A DNA stretch of 64,000 nucleotides from Felis catus. Taxonomy: Eukaryota. The position numbers were made by a program, and so were the translations under genes. The notes under the pieces are model-generated. The model was not told where the DNA came from, did no database searches, and saw only the letters and a program-made list of their open reading frames with translations. This document shows positions 1 to 12,659 of the stretch, one piece after another; positions within the stretch are counted from its first letter, which is position 1; every line of letters starts with the position of its first letter. Where the stretch lies: positions 121,584,001 through 121,648,000 of the forward strand of contig NC_058368.1 in assembly GCF_018350175.1 (NCBI RefSeq), read 5' to 3'.

Positions 1-81
1 GCATGGTCTCACGTCGTCTTCATTTTGCTCCTATTATTATCTCTCAGAGGATGGAGACTCATCAAGACCTTGTAGCTGGTA

Positions 82-205
82 GGGGCACCTGGGTGGCTCA
101 GTTGGTTAAGCGTCTGACTTTGGCTCAGGTTGTGATCTCACAGTTTGTGAGTTCGAGCCCCGCTCCGCCTCAGGCTCTGTACTGGTGGTGTGGAGCCTGC
201 TTGGG

Positions 206-243
<38 letters not shown>

Positions 244-315
244 TCCCTCTCTCTCTCTGCCCCTTCCCCACTTGTGGTCTCTCTCTCAAAATAAATAAAC
301 TTAAAAAAAATATAA
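82..315 (+). mobile_element. Can-SINE (SINEC)
   Basis: ggggcacctgggtggctcag head, (CT)n body, A tail; degenerate TSD aagaccttgtagctggta / aagaccttacagctagta. Confidence 0.92.
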
Positions 316-400
316 AAGACCTTACAGCTAGTAAAGGTGAAGTCAGGGTTCATGCCGGAGTCTGTCTCGCTTGGAAGCCTGGGCTCTTAACTCTGCAACC

Positions 401-579
401 CAGGGCCAGTTTCATGGGTGTGGAACCGGTTCAGTGGCACAGGAATCCATGCTTAGAAGGGCCCCGGGCTTGGTTTAATGGTGTGTTGTTGCCATCTTGA
501 AATTCTTAATACGTTTTTGAACAAGGGGATCCACATTTTCATTTTACACTGGGCCCTGCAAACTATGTAATTTGTCCTG
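401..579. mobile_element. MER91A-like hAT DNA transposon remnant
   Basis: cagggcc...cttagaagggcccc...cattttcattttacactgggccc...cctg resembles the MER91A consensus, with terminal inverted repeats. Confidence 0.75.
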
Positions 580-1884
580 CCGACACCACACCATCTCTCA
601 TAACAATACATTGGATATGGTACGCACCCCCGTTTTTGGAAACCTCTTTGTCCCTGAAGCCCTAAACAGAGACTCCTATATGCACTGAAGCCCCAAACAG
701 GGGCTTCTTCCCTCAAGATCTGTATGTTCAAATCTGAAAATACGTGAGTGTTTCTTTCTGGTTATAAAAGTAATACAGACAAGTACTAGAAGTAGTAGTC
801 AAGGGAACTACAGTTTTATCTGTAGTGGAATAACTTTTTATAAGAAGAAGGTTAATTATGTTGAGTATATAAAGCTCTGTGTCCTCTATATAAACTTTTG
901 TATCTTATATATAAATATTTTTATCCTTAGGATGATTTTTTTAGACTCACTCTCAGATGGATGCCTGGAGAGATATTCTAAGAATCTGTAGCACCCGGGG
1001 GAATTTTTGTTATACTTGTAGTCTACTTTTGTTCGATTATATGCTAGATAGGCATCTTTGGCTTTCCGCTAAAATGTTAAGTAATGTGTTGTGAAATATT
1101 CTTATTCTCCTGGAAAATATCCACCTCATTTGATAAAGGGAACTTAGCTTGTATCTTGTACATTCCTTCCAATGTCTAAATCAAACCCATCTCCTCTTAG
1201 CCCCCGTCCCTTTGTCAAGGCTGAAAGTAGCCCCATGGGGGTTTACCACTTGATCTTTGGTGCTGGTGATCCTTGGGCCTCTCTTGCCATGAAAAGCCTC
1301 ATATTGTGTAAGTTGCCATGTTGCGGGCTGGTCAGGTAACTTCTGTTACTTAGCAACCTTCTCCTGCTTTGTTAAGTTGGGCTGTTCAATCTCCTTAATG
1401 AATAAGAGCATCAAGCCAGGTAATTGATGCCTGGACGTTTAGCTCATGAATAATTGACTGTCTGGGTAATCCTAGATACATTTCCTCGATCAGATTGTAC
1501 AATGGAACAGTCATGTCATAGCCAGTGTCGAGTTTTGTGTGTGCGTTTTTTTTTTGTTTTGTTTTGTTTTTTTTTTTTTGGTCTTAATTGGTTTTATGAT
1601 GTCAGAAATCTGCTTTATTGACCCAAAGGCTCAAATGAACAATGGAAGCAATGATCCTCCCAAAGCTGGGACATGCTTCCTCTTTCCTCCACAAGAGCTC
1701 AGCGTTTCCCCTTCAGTCTGGGCTTAGAAAAGTTTTCAGCTCTGCTTGTGTATCTTTTCAGCTATCTTTTCCCACATACATCGGGAAGGCAATGTGGTCT
1801 AAAGGGGAGGAGGGAACTGAGAATTGGGTTTCCTGGGCAATGCCAATCAGTCACTCTGCAGCTCCAGGCCAACCTTAGCTCATC

Positions 1885-2900
1885 TGACTTATGTATTCAT
1901 TTATGCATTCCTTCAACACACGTTTGGAGCCCCTCCTGTGTGCCAGGCACTGGCGATTCTGTGAAAAACAAGGTTGGCCTTGTCTGCTTTCATGGAGATT
2001 ATGTTCTAGTGAAAACACATGGGTGATAAGCACATAAACAAGGAAGAGGACAAGTAATTTTCAGATCGTGCTAAGTGCCAGGTTGAAAAACAAAAATGGG
2101 ATAATGGGCCAGAGAGTGACCAAGGGGGGAGGAGGTATATGGAGATAATTTTGATTGGGTGGTCTGGGAAGGCCAGGGAAGTTGTCTTTGATGAGGTGAC
2201 ATGTGAACTCAATGACAGACCTGGAGGAGCTGGCCAGGTGAAGAAATGTGGGGATAAGATAGAGGCACATGAAGACAAAAGTTCTGAGATGGGAATGGGC
2301 TTAGCATGATGAGCAGATTGACGGGCAGCACAGTATGAGGCAAGGTGGATGCCCACATAGGCAGCTCACCTTGCATACCATCCAAGATGACAAAAAAACT
2401 GTGTAGCCTCCCCTTAGCCATGGGGGCCTGAAGGAAGGGGCCCAAATATAGGCCTCACCAACGGTACAGATAGTGTCATTCTTTGTATTAAAAAAAAAAA
2501 AAAAACAGATGTTGTCAAAACTCAGCTCAGGTTAATTCATTGATTCCACACAAATGTATTGAGCTCTAGGCAGTGTTTGTGACACTAGGAATATAGAAGT
2601 GACTAAAGCCAAGTCCCTGCCTTTGTCAAACTTACACTGTATTAGCGAAATAGGCAATAAACTAATAAAAAAAGTCAAATACAGCTATAAAGTGTATAAG
2701 ATACTGAGTGCTATGGAGACAAAGCAGAGAAGGGCATAAAAGTAGGAGGGATGAGACAGTTGAAATTGTAAATGGAGTCATCTGGGAAGGCTTCACTGAG
2801 AAGATGACATTTGAGCTGATGCTTGAAGGTGGTGTGAAAGTGCGCCGTGTGACTGTCTGCAGGAAGAGCCTTCCAGACAGAGGGAACAGCAAGAGTACCA
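1885..2900 (-). mobile_element. Ancient L2 3' fragments (two segments, about 1885-2350 and 2530-2900)
   Basis: ttcattc...caacac...tgtgccaggcactg and ggaaggcttcactgagaagatgacatttgagctg L2 motifs. Confidence 0.6.
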
Positions 2901-3942
2901 CTTTTTTCCAGAAAACCTCCCTTCCACATGCCTGCCTCTGGCCTGGGCTGTGTTCCCTCTTAGGAGACTTGTATCAAAATGCTTATCACTCTCCTGCTTA
3001 AAACTTTCCACTGCCCTTGGAACAAAGCACGAGTTTCTTACCATGGCTTATAACGTCCTATTTAATCCTTCACCCCTCCAAACTCATCTCTCTTTCTTCT
3101 CCCTTGTTCATTGGCCCCTGCAGAGCATCCTTCTTCCTGGTCTATAAACATGCAAACCCTTTCCCAGTTTGGAATGCGGGACATCCTTGTCCTTTGCCTA
3201 CAACCTCTTCTCAGAGATTGTCATATGACTGGTTCCTTCTCCTCATTCAGGTCTTAGCAACTTAGAGAAAGCTTCCCTGACTGTCTAATCCTCTGACCAG
3301 CCACTCCTCACAATGATAGAATTTATTAAAGGCTTACCACTTATTCACAAAGGATGTGTTCATTTCCTACTGCCCCCAACCTGGCCCTTCGTGTGTAATA
3401 TGCTCTTTGGAGAAAAAGGAGATTATAAATGTGAAGTGAAATGTAACAGAGTACCAGTGACCATACTGTGACGCTTACAGCCCTTGGGAATATGACATTC
3501 ATTCACTTCCACAACCTTCTATTTACCGCCAGACCGGATTTCCTTCGAATTCTGAAAGGTTCAGTTACAAATGCATGCAAAAATTTCTCCCCTGTTCAGG
3601 AAAGAGAATGCAAGAGCAAAAGAAATGGATGAACTGCCATTTTCACAGAAAGTAAAATGTCTGGGGATACAGGAGACAAGAGCTTCCAGCTTCTCTATAT
3701 TTCTAACCCACTAGAACTTGGATGCTGAACCCCATGATGGAGCCAGGCTTTCGTTGTCTTTTTTGTTATACTAAAAAAAATTGTTTGAGAAAGATAATAA
3801 ATTATGGATATTCATGGGAAGAAATAGAATGGGATAGTATATATTTATAGTGTTTTGTTTACAAAGTGATGAATTTTAGTAAAGAGAAGGCAACTGTCTA
3901 TAAAACCTTTCTGGACTGACGTATTAAAATATGTCAATGGCT

Positions 3943-4061
3943 GGGGCGCCTGGGTGGATCAGTCCGTTAAGCGTCCGACTTTGGCTCAGGTCATGATCTC
4001 ACAGTTGGTGAGTTCGAGCCCTGTGTCAGGCTCTGTGCTGGCATTTCACAGCCTGCTTCAG

Positions 4062-4102
<41 letters not shown>

Positions 4103-4152
4103 CCCTCTCCTGTTCTCTTTCTCTCAAAAATAAATAAATAAACATTAAAAAG
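3943..4152 (+). mobile_element. Can-SINE
   Basis: ggggcgcctgggtgg head, (CT)n, A tail; TSD aaatatgtcaatg / aaatatgtcagtg. Confidence 0.92.
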
Positions 4153-7100
4153 AAATATGTCAGTGACAAGGTCATCTCATGTCAAAAATAATGTTTTACC
4201 CTGTTCACACAGAAGATGTGGGTCTTGGAAGATGGCGTCTCCACACCACAAACAACACCAATACACTCCCCTTTCAAAACCCATAAATGAAAGAATCTAC
4301 TGGGTCAAAATATCTTGATGTCTCAAGATGGCAGCTCTCTTGTAGAGCCGTTTGGAATCACTGGCCAGCAAAAAACCACAGACACGCATTTATCATCCAG
4401 CTCAAACTTAATGGTAAATAGGTGACTTGTGTACTTTTCTTTTAAAGCCACTTTTGGTGGTACTTTATCACAGCACAGGGAACTACAGGATTTTAAAAAG
4501 GGAGATGGGTAGTTTCTCCTCACCGAGGAGTGCCTGCTCTCAGTCCTCCAAGGAAGAAAAAGGAGGGTGTTCAGGTAGGGAAGGCTCTGTCTGTCCCACA
4601 TCCCGACAGAAATATGGCCCTGCAGGAAGGAACCCAATGAAAGAAAAGGGCCAAGGTGGTTGCCCTTTGTCCTTCAGCCTGTCCACCCTCAGCCCAGGAG
4701 GTAGACACACCCTCTCCTCAACTCTGAACGAGTCATCACTGTTATTTCCAGTTTGGTGGATTTTTTCTTTTTCGAATTCAGGAGACCCATCAATTATGTA
4801 GGGCTCCGTGATGATCTCAGGCAGTGACACCTCTGTAGGTCTGAATGGCGTTTCTGAAGGGAAACCATCTGGCCTACCTTAGCTTGTTCATCCCTGGGCT
4901 TCTCTCCCAGCTTGTAAGGTGTGGCGGCCACAGAGAGTGCCAAAACCATCAATATTTCACAGCCTTAATTAAAGTAAGCCGAGAGCTGTCAGCCTCTTGC
5001 AACTGGCTTCCTTTTCCAAAACAAAACAACCGCCTGGCATCTTGAACAGGGGCCGCAGACACAGAAAGGGGACTTTGGCTAGAGCTGGGTGAGGGAGGGA
5101 GGGAGCCCGGGATTTCACAGACCAAGACTTCCCAGAGTTATAAACCTTCCAGGACACTGGAGTAAATTCCCTGGCGCTGGCCTGGGGACCTGGGACCGGA
5201 AAAGGGAAAGAGGGTCGCCTCTTGAGCTCCCTTTGACAACTCTTGTAGGGGACTGGAAGTGGGGCAGCAGGGAAGTGCAGTCTGCAGACTTCGGGGCTGC
5301 GTACCCTAGTCCAACATGAATGAGCTCAGGCCCCAGCAGAAGCTTCACAGACGGTGGGGGGCAAGGGTGGGGAGGGTCTGGAGCCGGTCTCTCTGCGGCC
5401 CCCTTCCCCGTGCCCGCCCCACATGCCCAGGCCCGCGCCGCCATCCAGCCTGGCGGGCAGGGGAGCCCGGAGCCCTGCGATTTATACATCTATTAATTAC
5501 CTCCAGCCTGGAAGAACTGCCTATAAATACAGTGGCACTTTAGATAAAACTTTCATGCAGCTATTTAGATCCTTTAAAATATAAATGATTTCCTCTAAAT
5601 TTTTTATCATAAATCAGGGCATGGAGCTAGGCGACAAGACGCCGATTTCCCCCCTGATGGGAGCAGAGCCTTTGCTTGTTTTCCCTTTTTCTTTTTCTTT
5701 GCTACTTTTCTTCTTCTCCTCCTCCTCCTCCTTCCCCTTCTTCTTCCTTTTAATTTACAGAGGTTGGTTAGTGGCTCTGCTTCTCTTTGCTGTGTGGGGT
5801 GGGGGGTGGGGGAAGGGAACAAGTTGCGGGAAGTTTCACCCCCTTTCCTGGATGGAGGTTGCCTGGTGTCTGTGGGAAAGCTCAGCAGACCTGAGTTCAG
5901 ATCCTATCCCTGCCACTTGCTCCCGGTGGTGCTACCAGGAACACAACTTCTCTGAGCCTCAGCAGTCCTGTAGGCGAAACATAGGTAACAATAGCACCTA
6001 CATCATAGACAGGGTAGATGTTAGGATGAACTGACATGATGCACACAGCCAGCCGGACAGAGTAGGAGCTCAGGAAGACAATGAGCTGTGCATTGGCAGA
6101 CAAGTTACTTCACCTTTCTGAACCTCAGTTTCCTCATCTATAAAGAAAAGGTGGAAAGATAATTCACTTTGAGGGAGTTATTATAAGGAATGAAAAAGAC
6201 AAAAGCCAGATTCTAAGCTTCTTGAGCCAGTGACCACGTAAACCTTGTTCATCATTGCATCCCTAGACCTAGCAAGTGCCCAGCTCAGAAGAAGCGCTTG
6301 GCAAGCATGTGATGGCTACACGGAACAACAGCGTTTTCTGCTTTGAAGTTGGTTTCCATTTATGGTGATGGACCTCTACCCTCTATGGTTTGACCTCTAC
6401 CCTCTTTCCAAGATTCCTGCTTTGAACCTTGACATATCCACATTGAAAGGGCCTGTGGATCTAGTCTTGAGTAACCAGAGGCTCAGAGCCCATGAGTAAC
6501 TTGTCCAGGGTGACACAGCAGGTTAGCTATGTACCCATGTTTGAATCCAGAACTTTCCCCTTGCTGCTTCTTCACAATCAAGCTGAGTGGGTAAGAGAAA
6601 TGGCCTAATCCTTTGGCCACAGAAGAGCTAACAACCAACTGAGTGACATGGGGATTGACTTCATGACTTTGAACTCTAGGATGTCTATGAACCGGGGAAG
6701 AGAAAGTCAAAACCAGTCTTCGTGGGCCAGGAATAGGACCACGTGATGATTGAGTCCAAATTCTTGAGAACAAGCAGAGAGATGGCCATGCTACCAATGG
6801 CACAGACATTCTAAAGTCTTGAGCTCAAAGATGATGACACAGCAGGATGTATTTGGTGGCAGTGGTGGTGGGGGGTAGAGTATGAAAAAGTCACGCACTG
6901 ACGTAGGAAGTTGTTAGGAAGAGTCTCCTGGGGAATGGCGTGTCAAATCCAAACTACTGACTGATTTTCCTTGAAGCAGTAGACTAAACCCAGAAAATGT
7001 GGGGTCTCTCTCATCCATTCTGGACCACTGCAACCCCATTCCTATACGGCTGCAGGAAGTAGACCTCCAATCCTATTACCACCCTGCTTAAAAGCTCCAG

Positions 7101-8876
7101 TGCCCCCCCCTACCCTCCATGGTTGAAAACCCAATTCCCCTGCAACATCTGGTGCCTGCCTTTGATTCTGTCCTTTACTACCTTTGCGATCTCCTTACTA
7201 CACTCCAACTACCCTCGACGTCTGCTTGTTCCTGAACACGCCATTCTTACTCCCACATCAGGTGTTCACACTTGCTGTTTCTCTGGTCTTCTGTTTTATG
7301 CTTCAAGCCTTCACTCAAAGGTGACTCTTTTGCTTTCTGTCCAGGCAGTCTCTATTCCTGTATTTTCTCTGGTTTATCGTCTCTGCAACAGTTATCCGGA
7401 CTCCAGGCTGTCTTGTTTGATGCTCACTTGCTGCTGAAGTATCAGCTCCATGGGGGGAGGGGCTTGGGGAGGGTGGGATCTGCCTTGTTTGTAGCTGAAT
7501 TCCTATCTGCTAACATCATGAGGGCCACAGAGCAGATGCTCAATAAATGTATTCGGTGAAAGAATGCATGATGGACAAGGGCTCTAGGACATCCCTCGCT
7601 TGGTCCCCTCATTTTTCAGATGAGGAAACTGAGGCCATAAGGAGTCAGAGACCTGTCAGCGGTACTGCCAGAGTGTCAGAACTCAGTCGTCAGGGGACAC
7701 CAGGGCAGGGGAGGGCTGGCGCGTGGCGACGACCCCTCAGGGGTGCTGGGCCTGGGGCTCCTGAGTCCCTCTGGGCATCTCGGATCTTCAGAGCCCCGCG
7801 CAGACAATGTGAGGCGAGCGGCCGCAGCAGCTGTGCAGGCGGCAGGTACATGTGAGAAGTTTGTGAGAGGAGCTGAGAGAAAGGGAGAGGAAGGCGGGCG
7901 GCTGCGAACACCTGGCCGGGCAGCCCCGCCAGCTGCCTGCCCGCGATGGCATCTCGAGTTCGGGCAGTCCTATCAGGCTATCTCCCATTCCACCCCTCCT
8001 CCCTGTCCTCCCCTTCTCTCCGAAGTGGAGCTTGGCCAGGGATGGAGGTGGGAACTGGTAGCCACTGGCTTCTGGAAGCGGCCTCTGCCGGAAGCAAGCC
8101 TGGAGCGGGGCCAGCCTCTGAGCCTCTGGAATAGAGGCCACCTCGTCTTCTGGGAGAGAAGTAAAGCCTGCTCTTCCTCCCAGTCTCAGCCTCTGGGCTT
8201 GGGGGTGGGGTGGGGTGGAGATTCTGGTGCCAGCCCAAGACCTTCATTAAAAGCAGGTTCAGAAGTTAGAAAAACCTGGGTTCTAATGCCCACCCTACCA
8301 TGCTTCAATGTGTGGCTTGGGGAAAAAAAATCAGTCTCGCTGTGCCTCAGTTTTCTCATCTGGGAAATGGAGATAATAATATAATGTCAAAGTCTTGATG
8401 TGGAGATTCAGTTATAATTCTTTTCTAAAGCACATAACCCAGAGGCTGGCAGTCCATAACTGGTTTTTCTTGTTATTACCATCATCCTACTGCCAATATC
8501 GTAGGGGAGATATTATTCATGCATTCATTCATTCAATGCACATTGTTATATTAAGCTCCTATGTGGTACCTGGCCTGTAGACATAGGCAGTGGAGACACA
8601 GGGACAAATAAGACCCATCCTCAAAGAAGTCCCAGGGTCTTTCAAGGAGCTGAGGCAATGAAACATTGTGTTCTTACCAAGACATAATAGAGGAGGACAC
8701 AAAAGACTCAAAGAAGAAAAATTTATCTCTTGGAGTCTTAGTGAAACTTAAACTTTAATTATTTTAGGGTCTGAAAAAAATAATGTCAAGTAACAAGTTT
8801 TCACATCAAGGTTTTCAAGTTGAGAGTCCCAGGTCACCTGCTGGCAAATCATAAATGTCTATTAAGAAGCACCTCA

Positions 8877-9104
8877 GGGGCACCTGGGTGGCTCAGTCAG
8901 CTAAGTGTCTGACTCTTGATTTTGGCTCAGGTCATGATATTACGTTTTGTGGGTTCAAAACCGCGCACTGCTCTCCCCTCTTCCCTGCAGTCTCCTGCCC
9001 CCCTCCCTCCCCCCCCCCCAACCGAGGGACTCTGCACTGACAGTACAGAGAACCTGCTTGGGATTTTCCTTCTCTCTTTCTTCCTCTGCCCCTCCCCCCC
9101 CCAA
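8877..9104 (+). mobile_element. Can-SINE with an atypical internal segment
   Basis: SINE head; TSD aagaagcacctca / aagaggcacttca; about 65 bp of non-consensus sequence at about 8963-9028. Confidence 0.8.
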
Positions 9105-12100
9105 AAGAGGCACTTCACTCCCATGGGTAGCATCTCTGCATGTCCTCATCTTAGGATGTTGTGTTTTAAGAGGCTGCAGATTCCTGCATGATTCCTGCTC
9201 ATGCTAAAGTTGAAAACCACTGGCCCACAGGAAAATGCCCCTGCCCCTCTGCCCTAGCTTCCCTACAGGGCTAGTCCTTCTGGAAGGACAGAGCGCTTTG
9301 TGTTCTGATTTAGAGTTACATGTGGCAATTTTATGTCCCCACTAGAGTCTGAGCTCTCCAAGCAGTGTGCTCTATGCCTACAGAACGTATCACAAGATCC
9401 AGCCATCAGTAGGTATCCTGAAATGACTGTGGAATGAAGAAAGTGCCCCCATTAGTGTCACTCACATAAATGCCCATGTGGTCCCTACTTTGGACCCTCA
9501 GACAGATTTCGTATGGCCTTTATGTGGAGTGTGTGCATGGAGAGGGGGAAGGGATATGCATGTGCTTTTTAATTGTAATTTAATGCCACAGGGGTGAGGA
9601 TGGGGTATTTGGTCTCCACTTTACGTCAGTCCCAGTGTTCCCTGTTATATACCCAACTGATCTGCTTTACTGGACTTGCTCCTGACAGAACTGAAGCTTG
9701 AAAATCCTATAAAGTATACAGTGTTCATAGTTCTTCTCGTTCTTTTCTCTGTGGTCTTTACCTCATCTCCTCTCTCTCCAGGGCCTTCTCAGAAAGACTG
9801 CTCCCTAAGGATGGGTGTCACCTTACTGCTGGCTGCATAGACCTGTCAGTGGACCTTCACTGAAGGGAAGGATGAGAAAAATCCAAAGAACACAGGTTGT
9901 CTGATGCAAGAGTGGCTTTTGATTTGTGGTCCTAATGCCTGGGGATGCTAGGATGGGGGCTGGTGAGCTGAAGGTCAGCATGGAGGCCTAAGGAGGTCAG
10001 TTACTCTTGCTCTGGCTCTGACCCTTGCCTGACCTCGACTGACCCTGGCAAGTGTCTCCCAGCCCCTGAGGGGACAAAGCAGAGAAGGATGGGTATGGAT
10101 GGGCCTTTACTTCTGTTTCTAGGGGTTCAGCTTCTTAGACAATTAGGGTATGATTAGGTGATTGTGGGTCTCAGGGCACCATGGGGTCAGGCAAGCTCCA
10201 AAATCTTCTCCCTAGAGGATCCAGCCTCCCTTCTTTTCCTTCCCCACTTTCCATTTGCCTTCCTGCATTGGGCAGAAAATGAGAATGAGTGGTCCTAAAC
10301 GCTGGTGAAGTGATGAAATAATGCTGCGTTCAACTTCTGGGAAGTTAAGGTCCTAGGAAAGAAGCTCTTGACTCATTTAAAATGTGTTTCATTTAAGTTA
10401 ACCAGAATGGTACTGTTTGGCTGGAGCTGGAAGTTCCTACCATCTAGTCCAGCCCTCTTCTTGTGGGTAAACTGAGGCCTGGCCAGGGTCACACAAAGCC
10501 CAATATTAGAATGCTGTCTAAAAGCCAGCCGTCCTAAGGCCCACAGTTCTGGTGTGTATTCCGTATTTCAAGAATTCCACCAGCCTTGCTCTGGGTCTTG
10601 TGCGTGAATCTACATCTTCTCCACTGCAGTGCAAGTTTATAGTCAATTTCCTGCAGTGGATTTTAGACTGGTGACTCCGTGAGGGCAGGGATGGAGTCTG
10701 ATTCACATCTGTGGCCCAGCCCTCTGTGTGGAGTCTGGCACAAAGCAGGTGTTGAATGAAGGAAGGACAGCAGGGAACCAGATTGCACCTTTAGATCAGT
10801 CATTCTCCAGGGAGATTACTTAAGCCACCCCGGCTCCCAAATGCTTTAGCTTTAAGTGTTGAGGGAAGAAGAAGAGAGCAACAAACATTTATTTCATGAT
10901 TTCACTGTGCCAGGCAGCATGCTGAAAGCTTATCTCAGCGCACTGCTGGCAACAGTTAGTGGAGGGGAAACTATTTCATATATGATGAAAGTTCAGTCCA
11001 ACAATGTTTGAGGTGGCTCATGGCCTCTAAGTCAGCAAGAGGCAGAGATGCATGTTGAATCTGAGGGCAAGGCTGCGCCCAAACATTAGGTTGTGAGGTT
11101 TGCCGAGCACTATATATGGTGCTCAATGCTTTCCTTTCTATTCTAGTTTGAAAACACCTTCACCAGAACCCAAGAAGGCAAACAGGAGTGCAGTTGCTGT
11201 TTTACAGACGAGGAAACCAAGGCTCAAGAGAGGTTTAGTGGGAGGGCAGCCCTTGGCCTCAGGCCCCTGGGCTCAGTCCTCCTCCCCGGTTACAGGTTAC
11301 AGGACGGTTACAGGACGCACAGGACCCATGCAAGGGGGCTGGCTGCAATGCGGAGAAGAGGGATTGGCAGGATCCGAGGGTGGGGAGCCCAGATCTAGGC
11401 AGGATTTGCTCTTAGGCCAAAGGTGACCTCTCCACACCCAACCGCCGTGTTCACATTCTGAGAGACCCGGCCCCCATACGCGGGCGCGCAAGGCCCAGCC
11501 CCCCGGCTGGGGAGACTTCTGAAACTCGAAGGTCGCTCCCCGGCGGTGGCGGCGTCCGAGGTGAGGTGGGCTCAGCTGGGCGCGCAGGTCTCGGCTCCGA
11601 AGCCCGGAGGGCGGCGCTGCGGCGCGGTCCCAGGATTCCCTATCCATTATTCACGATGTTTACTAGCGCGGGCAAAGGAGATGACACCAGGGGGAAGGAG
11701 AGGGGATCAGAGCGAGGCGGGGGCGGAGCAATACTAACCCTGGGGCACTTCGGGTCCCAAAACTTCGGGAGGAAAAGTGCGAAATGATGAAGAGCTGGGA
11801 AGTCAGATGTGGCGCCCGGCACACAGTAGGCCATCCGTAAATATTCGTGGAATGGATAACGGAACGAGTGAGCCAAGGGCTCTCTTCCCAACTAGCTCTG
11901 TTGTCTCGGGCGGGTCACTTAACCTCCTCGTTTTCCTCACCTGGAAAGCAGAATAACAGTATCTACTCCGCAGGGTGTGCGGATACCATGAACTAAGTCT
12001 CTAAATAGCCTACCACGTATTAGGAGCTCAAAAATGGTAGCTATTGTTCTGGTGAATGGGGCTTGTGAGGTTTGGCAGCCGAGTGGAAGTGCACTGACTG

Positions 12101-12477
12101 ACTCACAAGGCCGGTGGGCAGTTCTGAACTGTTACTATTCTAAACAGAACTCATGAAGCTTCCTTCCACTGACGGGTTGGGGAAAGGGAGAGGGGGCCAA
12201 GTTGTCTTTCTCTAGCGAAGGCCAGAACTGCCAGCGTTGGGAGGAAGCCGCTGGTCTCCAGGACCCGGCAGACATTTATTTCCCCCATTTCCACCCCGCC
12301 GGGCGATTGGGGTCACCTGGGGCTCATTCTGGCAGCCCCTCACCCTCCCTGGAGCCCGTCTGGGCGCATGGAGGCGCCTCTTCGCTGAGCCGCGGGGCCG
12401 GACTCTGGTGGACGGCTCGGGCGTGGGGCCAGGAGCGCCCTGGAAATGGGCAGTTTGGCGGCAGCGAGGCCGACAAG

Positions 12478-12479
<2 letters not shown>

Positions 12480-12515
<36 letters not shown>
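12480..12515. repeat. (GT)18 microsatellite about 200 bp upstream of the POU4F3 TATA box
   Basis: Read directly from the sequence. Confidence 0.95.
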
Positions 12516-12518
<3 letters not shown>

Positions 12519-12659
12519 GAAGGGTCAGCTTCCTGGACCCACTCAGGCCGTGGCTGCCCTTCGATCTGGGCAGTGCGAGTTGGGACAGGACGGAGAGGTT
12601 TGAGACTTTGGGGGAAACTAGTCCACCAAGAAGAAACAATCCGGAAGGTCTGCCGGCCT

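Noticed and set aside
82..165. tRNA-like A/B box sequences as tRNA genes
   Set aside because: They are the tRNA-derived heads of Can-SINEs, followed by (CT)n and A tails.
3..500. Recurring short ORFs with RGTWVAQ / VMISRF / LSLSLS motifs here and across the window
   Set aside because: These are translations of Can-SINE sequence, not a gene family.
7743..8384. 213-aa ORF upstream of POU4F3
   Set aside because: Non-ATG start, ends in a MIR (SLCLSFLIWEM), and has no recognisable homology or exon structure.
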